Translations under genes and position numbers: made by a program | Shown here: piece by piece, positions 28,219-39,831 of the stretch | Layout of the letters: the number at the start of each line of letters is the position of its first letter | Numbering within the stretch: position 1 is the stretch's first letter | The notes under the pieces: model-generated | Seen by the model: only the letters and a program-made list of their open reading frames with translations | What the model was told of the DNA's origin: nothing | Database searches by the model: none | NCBI GenBank assembly: GCA_965261595.1 | Contig: CBDHDG010000003.1 | Coordinates: 32,001-96,000, forward strand | Direction of reading: 5' to 3' | Length of the DNA: 64,000 nt | Source: a bacterium | Lineage (GTDB): Bacteria; UBA8248; JACPRG01; G963555815

Positions 28219-30441
28219 ATGTTCCAAACCCGTGTAGACCCCGTCACCTTTGAGGTTCTTCGACACCGGCTTTGGAGCATCAACAATGAAGCGGCCATCA
28301 CGTTGAAGCGGGTCTCCGGGTCCCCTGTGGCGACCGAGATCCAGGATTTCAATACGTCGCTTTGTACTTCCAACGGGCAAAACTTCATCGTTGGACCTTA
28401 CATCGTCTCCCACGGGGTCAGTCAGGGGATTCTGGTTGAGAACCTTCTCAAGGATTATCAGGAGAATCCTGGGATTCATGAAGGGGACGTCTTCGTTTCC
28501 AGCGACCCTTACCAGGGGGCCATGCACCAGAACGACGTGACCTGTCTCGCCCCCATTCACTGGCAAGGAGATCTCATCGCCTGGGCGGGCTCCACCATCC
28601 ACGAGATCGATGTCGGAGGGCCCGTTCTTGGAAGCCAAGCCAGCATCGGCGCCCAATCCATCTTCGGAGAAGGTCCGCCCATGTCCGCCCTCAAGATTGT
28701 GGAAGGGGGCGTATTTCGAAAAGATGTCGAGAGAGAATATCTCATTCGCTCTCGGACCCGCGAGCTGAACGCCCTGGATCTCCGGGCCAAGATTGCCGCT
28801 ACCAATGTGGCCAAAAAGAGGATTCACGAGGTCATCGAGAGATATGGGATCGAGACCCTGCAAGCCGTCATGGAGGACATCATCGACTACACGGAAGACC
28901 GCCTGCGAGCCCGGCTACGGGAGCTCCCCGACGGGGACTACCATCACGTGAGCTATCTGGATTACGACGACGGGGTGGAACAATTGGTCTACCCTTGCCG
29001 AATCAAAATGACCAAGGCGGGCGAAAGGCTGGTCTTTGATTTTGCCGGAACCGCCCCCCAGGCCCCCGCCGTCATCAACTGCGCCTATGCGGGTCTTGTC
29101 TCCGGAGTCGTCATCGCTGTCCTGGTCCACCTCTGCTATGACACCCCATGGTGTCCGGCTGGGGTCATGCGCGTGATCCGGATCGAAGCCGAGCCGGGGA
29201 CCATCGCTCATGCTTCCTGGCCCGCGGGCGTCAGCAAGGCGACAACGGCGGGGAGCTACACGGTGACCCATGCCGCAAGCGGCTGTATCACCAAGGTGCT
29301 GCTCTGTCACGAGGGCTATCGGAAAAATGCGATGGCCGCCTGGATGGGTCCCATGCCTACGCAAGAGCTCTTTGGGGTAGACGCGAATGGCGAGCCCTTC
29401 GGCCTGACCCTCCTCGACGGAATGGCTGGAGGGACCGGTGCCGGTCCCGATCACGACGGTGTGGATACGGGGGGATTCCTGCGGTCTCTCTCGGCCACCA
29501 TCTCGAACATCGAGACCCTCGAAGCCCGCTACCCCATCCTCTACCTTTACCGCCGCCAGCAAGTCGATACGGGCGGGGCGGGGACGTTCCGCGGCGGTGT
29601 CGGGGTCAGCACGATGTACACGCCCCACTTGGTCGAGGAGATCCACACCACCGTCCTCCACAGCCACTGTGTGATGCAACCCGAGGCGACAGGGATCTGC
29701 GGAGGGCTTCCATCGGCCACGAATGAATTTGCCATCGTCAGGGGATCGAGCGTCTGGGAGGAACTGGAGAATGGCCGGGTCCCCGGTGAGCTTGAATCCC
29801 TCGAGGGAGATTTGAATTTCCCGCCCTCCCTTTACATCAGTTCCCTGAAACGGGGAGATGTCTATCGGTGTGTCTCGACCGGGGGAGGGGGTTATGGAGA
29901 CCCGTTGCTCCGAGACCCGGAACGTGTGCTGAATGATTTCCTGTGCGGGCTGGTCTCCGCTGAGGCCGCCCGAACCCTTTACGGTGTGGTTCTGAATGCA
30001 AGGGGGAAACGTGTGGACATGGAAGGAACCTCGGACCTTCGGAATCAGCTCCGTGAGGCCAGACGGGACGCCGCCGGAGACGGAGGCCCCGGAACGGAGG
30101 CTTCCCGTCCGGGAACGCGGGCCCTTTCGCCGTCGGCACCCGGCGAGATCACCGCCACGTGTCTCGGCGAGTACCTGACCATCCGTCCTTCGAGTGAGGG
30201 GAAGGCAATCGTTTGCCGGGTGTGTGGTGAAGTCGTCTGTGCGGCGGCACCGGACTTCAAAGGCCGCCTGCTCTACGCTGAACTACCCCTTCAGGCTGCG
30301 GGTCCAAAGGTCTCTCCGCATGGCCGAGGCGAGGCCTTCTCGCTCCACGCCTATTATTGTCCTTCCTGCCTCACCCAGGTCCAAGTGGATGTGGCCCTGA
30401 AGGAAGAAGGCCCGATTGCCGACATGCAGCCGAAGCTCTGA
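28219..30441 (+). CDS. Hydantoinase/oxoprolinase B subunit fused to an acetone-carboxylase-gamma-like Zn domain
   Basis: DPVTFEVL, SDPYQGAMHQND, HEIDVGG, GGAGTFRGG, GGGGYGDPLLRD. C-terminal CRVCG...YCPSC. Confidence 0.9.
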   Translation: MFQTRVDPVTFEVLRHRLWSINNEAAITLKRVSGSPVATEIQDFNTSLCTSNGQNFIVGPYIVSHGVSQGILVENLLKDYQENPGIHEGDVFVSSDPYQGAMHQNDVTCLAPIHWQGDLIAWAGSTIHEIDVGGPVLGSQASIGAQSIFGEGPPMSALKIVEGGVFRKDVEREYLIRSRTRELNALDLRAKIAATNVAKKRIHEVIERYGIETLQAVMEDIIDYTEDRLRARLRELPDGDYHHVSYLDYDDGVEQLVYPCRIKMTKAGERLVFDFAGTAPQAPAVINCAYAGLVSGVVIAVLVHLCYDTPWCPAGVMRVIRIEAEPGTIAHASWPAGVSKATTAGSYTVTHAASGCITKVLLCHEGYRKNAMAAWMGPMPTQELFGVDANGEPFGLTLLDGMAGGTGAGPDHDGVDTGGFLRSLSATISNIETLEARYPILYLYRRQQVDTGGAGTFRGGVGVSTMYTPHLVEEIHTTVLHSHCVMQPEATGICGGLPSATNEFAIVRGSSVWEELENGRVPGELESLEGDLNFPPSLYISSLKRGDVYRCVSTGGGGYGDPLLRDPERVLNDFLCGLVSAEAARTLYGVVLNARGKRVDMEGTSDLRNQLREARRDAAGDGGPGTEASRPGTRALSPSAPGEITATCLGEYLTIRPSSEGKAIVCRVCGEVVCAAAPDFKGRLLYAELPLQAAGPKVSPHGRGEAFSLHAYYCPSCLTQVQVDVALKEEGPIADMQPKL

Positions 30442-30590
30442 ATACCGGGTTATGCGCCGGCAGGCTGCGAATCCGTAGAGCGACTTCCACAATTCCCGCG
30501 GAACGGCAGGGTGACCGGCAATGGGTGCGGCGCTGGATGGGAGCATTTTCCGTCCTGCTGATATCAAAGAGGAATACGAAAGGGGAGTGC

Positions 30591-31886
30591 ATGGGAACGG
30601 CTTCTGATGTTGACAAAGTCGTGTCTCTAATCCATCCGGAAGAGGTTGTTGATCTGGCCGTCGCGCTGGGCAACATCCCGAGCCCCAGCGGTGATGAGGA
30701 GGCTATTGGGGTTTTCTTATCGGAGTGGCTGAAGAAAGAGGGGTTTCAATCCTTTTCGCAATGCGCGGCGGAGGGCCGCAACAACATCATCGCGCGGATT
30801 CCGGGAAGCGGCGGGGGCAAGAGCTTGATCTTCAACGCGCACATGGACACATTCCTGTGGGCCCCCCACGATCTCTGGATAGAGGGCGAGGAAGAGCCGC
30901 ACTTCAACGGCGCGTGGGTCGATGGCGGCAAGGTCTACGGGCACGGCGTCGTCAACGACAAAGGACCGATGGCGGCCTTTCTCATCGCCGCCAAAGCCCT
31001 GCGCGAAAGCGGCGTCTCCATGGGAGGGGATGTAATCCTGACAATGGTCGTGGGAGAAATCGGGGGGGGCCCGATTGACGAATTCCAGGGACCCCGGCAT
31101 CTCGGGAAAGGTCTGGGCTCCAGGCATCTCGTCGATCACGGAATTTTCGCGGATTGCGCCCTGGTGGCCGAGACGACCGGGTTCGGGCTTGCCTGGGCCG
31201 AATGCGGCGCCCTCTACATCAAGATCACCACACGCGGAAAGAGGCTCTACACCCCGTACATCCAACGTCCTCACCCTCCCGAAGAGAGCCCCAACGCCCT
31301 GGTTCAAATGGCGAAACTCGTCCTGGCCATCGAGGAATGGGCGCTGGAATACGAACAAAAGAATGTGCTCCCCATCGAGAACGGTGAGATCCGGCCCAAG
31401 GCCGGCGTAGGGGCGATCAGGTCCGGCCTTCCTTTCCGGCCCTCCTGCTGTCCGGCCGTCTGCTCAAGCTATCTGGATGTGCGTCTCCTGCCGGGCGCGG
31501 ACCCCAAGCCGGTTCTGGAGGACCTTCGGTCCCTGGCGGGGAGGATAGGCGTTGGCGCCGAGTTCGAGGTTTATCTCCACCGGCGGGGATATATCGGGGA
31601 AAACATCGAACACCTGAGAGGGGCGATCGAGTCGGCCCACCGGCGCGTGTTCGGAACGACGCCCGGCGGCGTCTCCTCGCCGGTGACCAGCATGTGGAGG
31701 GATGTGAACGTGTTCAACGGCGCCGGAATTCCATCCATCACGTATGGTCCCGGCGCCGGGTCGGGCGGGGGGGCTACGTACTTGGAGGCGGAGGATTTGG
31801 TCCGCGCCTCACAGGTCTATGCCTTGACCGCGCTCTCGGCCTGTGGTGTAGGATCTCCTCCGGTGGGGGGGCGATTCCCAACCTGA
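30591..31886 (+). CDS. M20 family metallopeptidase/deacylase (ArgE/DapE-like), atypical ligand set
   Basis: IPSPSGDE, FNAHMDT, YGHGVVNDKG, AET, YGPG. Confidence 0.85.
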   Translation: MGTASDVDKVVSLIHPEEVVDLAVALGNIPSPSGDEEAIGVFLSEWLKKEGFQSFSQCAAEGRNNIIARIPGSGGGKSLIFNAHMDTFLWAPHDLWIEGEEEPHFNGAWVDGGKVYGHGVVNDKGPMAAFLIAAKALRESGVSMGGDVILTMVVGEIGGGPIDEFQGPRHLGKGLGSRHLVDHGIFADCALVAETTGFGLAWAECGALYIKITTRGKRLYTPYIQRPHPPEESPNALVQMAKLVLAIEEWALEYEQKNVLPIENGEIRPKAGVGAIRSGLPFRPSCCPAVCSSYLDVRLLPGADPKPVLEDLRSLAGRIGVGAEFEVYLHRRGYIGENIEHLRGAIESAHRRVFGTTPGGVSSPVTSMWRDVNVFNGAGIPSITYGPGAGSGGGATYLEAEDLVRASQVYALTALSACGVGSPPVGGRFPT

Positions 31887-32204
31887 CTTAGATTCCGAAA
31901 GGTGCTTTGTGTTAATCTTGGAAACCTATTTGCGTGGTCTTGTCGTGACAGGTCGTCACGGCTTCTCATGAAATCGGCCTGTTGCCGGAACCATCGTGGG
32001 CGATCAGTGGATTCGCGCATCCGCCGTTCCGGACGGTGCGCTTCATGCGCCGCGGGCTTTCGGAGCCCTCCGCCCCGGCGCGGGTTTTGTCGCGCGGCCC
32101 GCTGATTGAGATCGAATTCTTTGCAACGAGAGGATGAACAGGGGCCGGCCGGGTCGGTGTCCGACTCGGCCGGAGCCAGCTTCCTCGCACCCGTGAGAAA
32201 CCCG

Positions 32205-33458
32205 ATGAAACCGAAACGAATCAAGTCCGGCGCTCCGCAGCCGCTCGCCAACTACACCGAAGCGTCCCGCATCGGAGATTTTGTGTTCGCCGCCGGACAA
32301 TTGGCCAGCGATTTCAAGACCGGCATCGCGCCCGGAGCAAAGGTGGATCCCGCGTTTCCCTATTACGGGTCCGACATCAAGCGCCAGACCGACTTCATCC
32401 TGAAGAACCTGGCCAAGACCTTCAAGGCGGCGGGGACGTCATTGGACAACGTGGTCAAGGCGCAGGTCTTCATGATGGACCTCAAGGATTTCAACGCCTT
32501 CGACGAGGTGTGGAAACAGCACTTCAAGACGCCGCCTCCCCGGACGACCGTCGGGACGACGGGTCTTCTGGTCAAGGACACCCTGGTCGAGATCGACCTC
32601 ATCGCATATGTCCCCAAGAGGGGGTTGAAAGCGGAGGCCATCCAGTCGGCCGCTCCGCGGCCCCTGGCCCATTACACCGAGGCCGTCCGGGTGGGAGATT
32701 TGGTCTTCGCGGCCGGGCAGCTCGCCAGTGACTTCAAGAACGGAATCGCGCCCGAAGCAAAGGTGGATCCCGCGTTTCCCTATTACGGGTCCGACATCAA
32801 GCGTCAGACCGACTACATCCTGAAAAACCTGGCCAAGACCTTCAAGGCGGCGGGGACGTCATTGGACAACGTGGTCAAAGCGCAGGTCTTCATGATGGAT
32901 CTCAAGGATTTCAACGCGTTCGATGAAGTCTGGAAACAGCACTTCAAGACGCCGCCTCCCCGGACGACCGTCGGGACGACGGGTCTTCTGGTCAAGGACA
33001 CCCTGGTCGAGATCGACCTGATTGCTCATGTTCCCAAGAAGGGGGTGAAAGCGAAGGCTGTCCAGTCGGGCGCTCCGCGGCCCCTGGCCCATTACACCGA
33101 GGCTGTCCGGGTGGGGGATTTGGTCTTCGCGGCCGGGCAGCTCGCCAGCGATTTCAAGACCGGAATCGCGCCCGAAGCGAAGGTGGATCCCGCCTTTCCC
33201 TACTACGGGTCCGACATCAAGCGTCAGGCCGAATTCATCCTGAAAAACCTGAAGAAGACCTTCGAGGCCGCCGGCGGCTCCCTGGACAACGTGGTCAAGG
33301 CGCAGGTCTTCATGATGGATCTCAAGGATTTCAACGCGTTCGATGAGGTGTGGAAACAGCACTTCAAGACGCCGCCTCCCCGGACGACCGTCGGGACGAC
33401 GGGTCTTCTGGTCAAGGACACCCTGGTCGAGATCGACCTGATCGGGGCCGTGAAATAG
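32205..33458 (+). CDS. Rid (RidA/YjgF/UK114) family protein with three tandem domains
   Basis: Three copies of YTEA..GD.VFAAGQ...DNVVK...FDEVW...PPRTTV...LVEIDLI. Confidence 0.92.
   Translation: MKPKRIKSGAPQPLANYTEASRIGDFVFAAGQLASDFKTGIAPGAKVDPAFPYYGSDIKRQTDFILKNLAKTFKAAGTSLDNVVKAQVFMMDLKDFNAFDEVWKQHFKTPPPRTTVGTTGLLVKDTLVEIDLIAYVPKRGLKAEAIQSAAPRPLAHYTEAVRVGDLVFAAGQLASDFKNGIAPEAKVDPAFPYYGSDIKRQTDYILKNLAKTFKAAGTSLDNVVKAQVFMMDLKDFNAFDEVWKQHFKTPPPRTTVGTTGLLVKDTLVEIDLIAHVPKKGVKAKAVQSGAPRPLAHYTEAVRVGDLVFAAGQLASDFKTGIAPEAKVDPAFPYYGSDIKRQAEFILKNLKKTFEAAGGSLDNVVKAQVFMMDLKDFNAFDEVWKQHFKTPPPRTTVGTTGLLVKDTLVEIDLIGAVK
32215..33445 (+). repeat. Three tandem 420-bp near-identical repeats
   Basis: Sequence at 32341, 32761 and 33181 (and following lines) aligns at an exact 420-nt period. 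Confidence 0.95.
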
Positions 33459-34144
33459 AAAATCCGGCCCTCCCCCCCCTCCCCCTGATTTTTTTTCGGA
33501 CGGGACGGGTGCACCGGCATGTTCCGTGCGAACCGGAAAGAAAGCTCGAGATTCGATAGCGAAACCGATGGGTCGCCGCGTTTTGTATGCCCTTCGCCGG
33601 CCGGGGGGGGGAGGGGGAGGCGAGAAGCTTCGGGCGCGTCCGGCGCGCTGGCTGAGAAGGACCAAAACGTTCCGACGCCGGAGTTCACGGGCGTTTCCCG
33701 GATCCCTCTATGCCGTCGAAGGCGGCGCGAGACCCGCGTCGATCCGGGCCCCTTCTCCCGGCCCTCTCTCTCTCCCCCTCCCCCCGCCGGGCGTCTCGCT
33801 TTATCCATGGATCGGATTCCGGAGGATTTGACATCCATGAGCCGGAAGGCCATATAGGCCGAAAGAATTCTCGCGATCGCGCAGCCTCCTTCCCGGTCAA
33901 CTGAAGTGCCTCATTCTAAGACCATTCCCGGAAAACCTGTCTTATCCAGATTTCGCGTGGAAGTGGCATGAATCGCGCACGTTCATCCATCTGATACGAG
34001 CGACGCCCGACATCATCCTCCTTCATGGCGCGGCGGCCCCGGGAGCGGCCGCCTTGAAGGGTGGACGCAACGGATTTCGCTGGAATCATTGAGGACGCCC
34101 CGCGTCCTGATCGCCGCGGCGGCGGCCCGGCTCCGAGGCTTTTC

Positions 34145-35932
34145 ATGGAAATTCGGAACATCGCGATTATCGCCCATGTCGACCACGGCAAGACCACGCT
34201 CACCGATGTCTTGATGCGTCAGACGGGGATGATCGAAGAAGGTGTCTCGATGGACTCCAACGCGCTCGAGGTTGAGCGCGGCATTACGATTTATTCGAAA
34301 AACGCGGCCATCCTTTATCGGGACGCCAAGATCAATATTCTCGATACGCCGGGCCATGCGGATTTCGGCTCGGAAGTGGAGCGGGTTTTGCGCTCCATTG
34401 ACTCGGTCCTCTTGGTGGTGGACGCCCAGGAGGGTCCGATGCCGCAGACCCGCTTTGTGCTTAAAAAATCCCTTGAGATCGGCCTGCGGCCCATCGTCGT
34501 TATCAACAAGATCGACAAACCGGCCGCCGATCCCGCGCTCGCCGAGGAGCAGGTTCTGGATCTCTTTCTGGAGCTTGGGGCGGACGACGAGCAAGCGGAC
34601 TTTCCCATCGTGTACACGAACGCGTGTCTGGGCGTCGCGAAGCGGAAACTGACCGACGAGTCGAAAGATCTCACGCCGCTTTTGGAAACCATCCTTGCGC
34701 ATGTGGCGCCCGCTTCCGGGGCGCCCTCCGAAGTTCCCTTGCGCCTACAGCCGTTCAACCTGGACTATGACAACTACCTGGGACGGCTCGCGGTGGGGCG
34801 CATTTACGAAGGCGTTTGCCGGTCGGGCCAGAAGGTTTGGGTCAAAAAGCCGAACGGCGAGACCCGCTCGGGCAAGATCAACAAACTCTTCACCTTCAAG
34901 GGATTGGGGAAGGTCGAGGCCGAGAGCGCGGGCGCGGGCGACATTGTCATGGTCGCCGGGCTGGCGGATATCGACATCGGCGAGACCATCACCACGAACG
35001 CTGAAGCGGCGCCTTTAGAGGCGATTGCGGTTGATGAGCCGACGATTGTTCTCAACTTTCTGGTGAATAACTCTCCTTTGGTCGGGCGGGAGGGAAAGTA
35101 TGTTACGTCGCGTCAGTTGCGCGAGCGCCTGGAGCGCGAGGTTGAGGTGAACGTAGGGTTGCGCGTGGAGTTTGACTCGGCGGACAGGTTCAAGGTTTCC
35201 GGCCGCGGCGAGCTCCACATCGCCATCCTGCTCGAAAACATGCGCCGCGAGGGACATGAGCTACAGGTTTCCCAGCCGCGGGTGATCCTGCGCGAAGAAG
35301 ACGGCGTGAAACTCGAGCCGTTTGAAGAGGTGATTGTGGATATACCGACCGCGCACCAGGGCGTGGTGATCGAGCGCCTCGGCATGCGCGGATTCACCTT
35401 GCAGAACATGCGGTTGGACGACCCGACGATACACCTGTCCTTTGAAGGTCCGACGCGCGGCCTGCTGGGGTACCGGAACCAGTTCGTGGTGGATACGAGA
35501 GGGTTGGGCATCCTCTCCGCGCGCGTGATCGGCTATCGGCCCTATGCCGGAGAAATTCGCAAACGCACCGTCGGTTCGATGGTCTCCATGGCGACCGGAA
35601 AAACCCTCGCCTACGCCCTGTGGAATTTGCAGGAGCGGGGTGTTCTGTACATCGGTCCGAACACCGAGGCGTACGAGGGCATGGTGATCGGCAGCACCGC
35701 GAAAGACGAGGAAATGGTGGTGAACCCGACCAAAGGCAAGCAGCTCACCAACATCCGCGCCTCCGGGTCGGACGACGCAATCGATCTCGTGCCCCCCTAT
35801 GAGCTCACCATCGAGCGCGGGCTCGAGGTCATGGCCGAAGACGAATACCTGGAAATCACGCCCGAGAGCGTTCGTTTGCGAAAGCAGCATCTGACGGGAT
35901 CGGAACGGGCCAAATTCCGACGACAGAAGTAG
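34145..35932 (+). CDS. typA: Translational GTPase TypA/BipA
   Basis: [63 protein letters not shown]. Confidence 0.96.
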   Translation: MEIRNIAIIAHVDHGKTTLTDVLMRQTGMIEEGVSMDSNALEVERGITIYSKNAAILYRDAKINILDTPGHADFGSEVERVLRSIDSVLLVVDAQEGPMPQTRFVLKKSLEIGLRPIVVINKIDKPAADPALAEEQVLDLFLELGADDEQADFPIVYTNACLGVAKRKLTDESKDLTPLLETILAHVAPASGAPSEVPLRLQPFNLDYDNYLGRLAVGRIYEGVCRSGQKVWVKKPNGETRSGKINKLFTFKGLGKVEAESAGAGDIVMVAGLADIDIGETITTNAEAAPLEAIAVDEPTIVLNFLVNNSPLVGREGKYVTSRQLRERLEREVEVNVGLRVEFDSADRFKVSGRGELHIAILLENMRREGHELQVSQPRVILREEDGVKLEPFEEVIVDIPTAHQGVVIERLGMRGFTLQNMRLDDPTIHLSFEGPTRGLLGYRNQFVVDTRGLGILSARVIGYRPYAGEIRKRTVGSMVSMATGKTLAYALWNLQERGVLYIGPNTEAYEGMVIGSTAKDEEMVVNPTKGKQLTNIRASGSDDAIDLVPPYELTIERGLEVMAEDEYLEITPESVRLRKQHLTGSERAKFRRQK

Positions 35933-36266
35933 GCGTTAGCCCGCAAGGGTTCGCGTCACAATGCTCGACCGGGTTCGACAGAATTTCATTGGCGATCCTC
36001 CGTCTTTCAAATAACGCGGATTTAAGCAACCAAGCGCCAGGCGGACACCGCGAGCGGGTGGGTTGACCCCGTTCGAGATGACCGCCCTGACAGAGATTCG
36101 CGTCAACGAACTGTTACGCCGGTTGAAACAAGGTATGATGTCAGCCCCTCTCGGTGAGGTTTCAGAGGGCGGGCTTTGATTTTCATCACCGCGATTCCGG
36201 GTTTTCGAAAATCGGGGCTTCTCCCCCTCCGCGGCGAAGACGGAACGATAAAGCCTTTGGCCGGAC

Positions 36267-39200
36267 ATGCCTAGCGAACGCATCCAACGACAGATTGACC
36301 GGTTTCTCGACCAGATTGAAACGGCCGTCGAGGAGCGGGATTGGGAGCGGGTCCGCGAGCTTTCGGATGACGTGCTCAGGCTCGACCCGGACAACGAGGA
36401 CGCCCAATCATTTCTTGCGGCGGCCGGGCGCGATCTGCCAAGGACCGTGGGGCGCGACGGCCCCTCCGAGGCGACTCCCCCCGATTCGGAAGCCGCCGGG
36501 GGAAGATCCGAGGCCGAGCGTCGCCAGTTGACCGTGATGTTCTGTGACGTGGTCGGCTCGACGGCGCTCTCCGAAACGCTCGATCCCGAAGATCTGCGAG
36601 AGGTCGTCGGCGCCTACCGCGAGACGTGCTCGGCGGCCGTCGGCCGCTTCGACGGCAATATCGCCAAGACGATCGGCGATGGGCTGTTGGTCTATTTCGG
36701 TTATCCCCGGGCCCACGAGGACGACGCGCACCGGGCGGTGTACGCGGGCCTCAGCATCGTGGAGGGCGTGGAACGGCTCAACCAGCGCCTCGGCAAGGAA
36801 TACGGCGTGGAGATCGGGGTTCGGGTCGGGGTTCACACGGGCCTGGTCGTCGTCGGGGAGATGAGCGGCGGCGGGGTGCGCGAGGCGGACAGCATCGTCG
36901 GCGAGACGCCCAACATCGCCGCGCGGCTGCAAGAGTTGGCCGAGCCCGGTTCGGTCGTCCTCAGCGAGGGGGCCCAGCGGCTGTTGGAGGGCCGGTTTGT
37001 CTGGGATGACCTCGGCCCAAAACACCTTAAAGGCATTACCGATCCGGTGTCGGTTTATCGGGTGCGGGGGGAAAGCGCCGCGCCCGGCCGGTTTGAAGCG
37101 AGAGCGGAGCGCGGGTTGATTCCCATGGTGGGCCGCGAGGAGGAAATCGGCCTGCTCATGAAACGCTGGGACCAAGCAAAAGATGGCGAGGGGCAGGTGG
37201 TGTTGCTCTCCGGGGAGGCCGGGGTGGGCAAGTCCCGCATCTTGCGGGAAGTCAGCGCGCGCCTGGAAGACGACCCGCACCACAGGGATTTGGCCTTCTG
37301 TTCCCCTTATCACCGGAACACCGCTCTGTATCCGGTGATCGGCCGACTCGAGCGGGACCTGGACATCGAAAAAGAGGATGACCCGGACCAAAGACTGGAC
37401 ACGTTGGAGGCGGCCTTGCGCGGCCTCGACCTGCCCGTCGCCGAGGTGGCGCCCGTCCTCGCCCCCCTTCTCTCTCCTACGGCCGGAGAGCGCTATCCTC
37501 CGCCCGACTTGAGTCCCGAGCAGTTGAAGGAGCGGACCCTGGAGGCGCTGCTCGGCATGGTCAAGGCGAAGGCGGCGCGGGAGCCGGTCCTGATGCTGGT
37601 CGAGGACGCACAGTGGATGGATCCCTCGACGCTCGAGTTCCTGGGCCTGTTGTTCGAGCGGCTGCGCTCGGATCGCGTTCTCCTGGTGGTCTCCCATCGG
37701 CCTGAATTCGAGCCGCCCCGCGCCGGCCAGGCGAATATCACCGCCCTCACCCTCAACCACTTGAGCCGCAGGGAGAGCGCCGCCATGGTCGCCGCGGTGA
37801 CGGGGGGCAAGGCCTTGCCAGAGGAGGTGTTGGGACGGATCCTCGCGGACGCCAACGGCGTCCCCTTGTTTATCGAGGAAATGACCAAGACGGTCCTAGA
37901 GTCCGGCCTGCTCGTGGAAGCCGGCGATCGCTACACCCTCTCGGGAGGGCCGTCGGCGCTGTCGATCCCCGCTTCCCTGCAGGATTCGCTCATGGCGCGC
38001 TTGGACCGTCTGGAGGCGGAAAAAGCCGTTGTTCAACTTGTGCGGCGGCGCTCGGCGAGAAGTTCAGCTTCGGACTGCTGGCCGCTGTGTCTCCCTTGGG
38101 GGATGACGAGCTGCACCAGGCCCTGTCCAAGCTCATCGAGGCGGGTTTGCTCTACCGCGACGGCGCGCCGCCCGATGTGAGCTACGGGTTCAAACAGACG
38201 CTGATACGGGACGCAACCTATCAGTATCTTCTCAAAAACAGCCGGCGGCAATACCACGCCGAGATTGCCAAGGCTTTGGAGACGCGCTTTCCGGACACCG
38301 CCGAGAGCGAGCCGGAATTGCTGGCCCATCACTACACCGAGGCGGGTCTGCCGAAGCAAGCGGTCCGGTATTGGGGGAAGGCGGGGGTGCGGGCGTTGGC
38401 CACGTACGGCCATGAAGAGGCGCTGGGTCATTTTCAGCGGGGGCTCGCGGCCAAGGAGGGCCGGCCGATGGATGCCGAGACGGCGGCGCTCGAATTCGCC
38501 CTGGGCCGCGCCCAGGCCGCCACGCTCGAGCGGCATGAGATGGGAAAGGCCGTGGACAGCCTGCGCCGCGCCTTCGATTACTACGCCGATGTCGGCGACG
38601 TGGTGCGCGCCATCGTCGTCGCGGAGTATCCCCTTCCCAACTGTATGAGGCCGGTACGGGCGCGGCTCAGCTCATCGCGCGCGCCCTCACGCTTGTTCCG
38701 CCAGATTCCCGCGAGGCGGGACGCCTCCTGTCCCGCTATGGCATGGTGATGGGGATAGAGGAAGGCGACTACCAGGGCGCCCGGGACGCCTTCGGCCGGG
38801 CCCTGGACATCGCGAAACGGGAGGATGACGAGGTCCTCGAAATGGAAACGCTCGTCGGCGTCACCTCCGTGGACTTCGCCCATCTCCGATTTCGGGAAGC
38901 CGTGGACCAGAGCCCGAGGGCCATCGAGCTGGCCTTGCGCGCCGGCGACATCGAGGCCGAGCTGAGCGCGCGGCATGCCGCCGCGAGCAGTCTGAGAGAG
39001 ATGGGCGACCTCGAGGGAATGCGGCTGCACGCGGCGGCGCTGCTGGCGCCAGCGGAGAGGCTGCGTCACCACTACTGGATGGCCGGCGCGTTTTGGATCA
39101 ACGAGAACTTGTTTCGGCTCAACGGGGATTGGGGGGCCGCCCGCGACTTCAGCGAACGCGGCCTGGCGTGGGCGGCCAAGGACTTCCGCCTTCTCGCGAC

Positions 39201-39831
39201 CCGGGCGCTGCTGGAGTGCGAGACAGGCGACTTCGAGGAGGGCCAAGCCTACCTGGAGCGGTTTCTGGAGGCGGCAAGCCTGACCCCGCCCGGACCGACT
39301 CCGGAACATGCGTACATCGCGATTGTGATCCCCATGCTCTCCCGCGTCACCGGCGTCATCGACCGGTTCGACGTGAGCCGGTCGGCTGCCGAAACCGTTC
39401 TCTCATCCCCGTCGGCCACCCCGCGCACGGTGGGGATCGCCCGGGCCGGTGTGGCGTTGATGGCCGTTCAGCGGGGCGACGGCGACGCGGCCGGGGCGCA
39501 GTATTCCGCCCTGGCGCCAGCCAAAGGCGCGCTGGCCGCGCCCGGGGTAAGCACGGACCGGCTGCTGGGGCTTCTGGCGCTGGCGATGGACAACCCGGAC
39601 GACGCTTTTGCTCACTTCGAGGACGCGCTTGCCTTCTGCCGCCGCGGCCACCGGCCCGAGTACGCCTGGAGCGCCTTCGACGCGGCCGACGCCCGGCTTC
39701 AGCGTAACGGCCCCGGCGACCGGACGAAGGCGATGTCCCTTCTGGATGAGGCGCGTTCCATCTCCCGGGAGCTGGGCATGCGGCCCCTCATCGAGCGGGT
39801 CGAGTCCCGTCGGGGCGCGTCGAAGGCGTAA
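36267..39831 (+). pseudogene. Class III adenylate/guanylate cyclase + AAA/STAND-like ATPase + TPR protein, with two frameshifts
   Basis: ERRQLTVMFCDVVGST, GDG, GETPNIAARLQ, GEAGVGKSR, VEDAQW, GVPLFIEE. The frame changes near 38040 and 38640. Confidence 0.85.

Noticed and set aside
31919..31933. Sigma-54-like TGG-N10-GC upstream of the Rid gene
   Set aside because: Weak match to TGGCAC, far from the start codon, and no activator gene nearby.
32215..33445. CRISPR-like or non-coding repeat array
   Set aside because: The repeats are in-frame 420-bp protein domains with no spacers; no cas genes.
33460..33625. Poly-C/poly-G and poly-T tracts as a terminator or phase-variation site
   Set aside because: Low-complexity intergenic DNA with no clean stem followed by a U-tract, and not in a coding frame.
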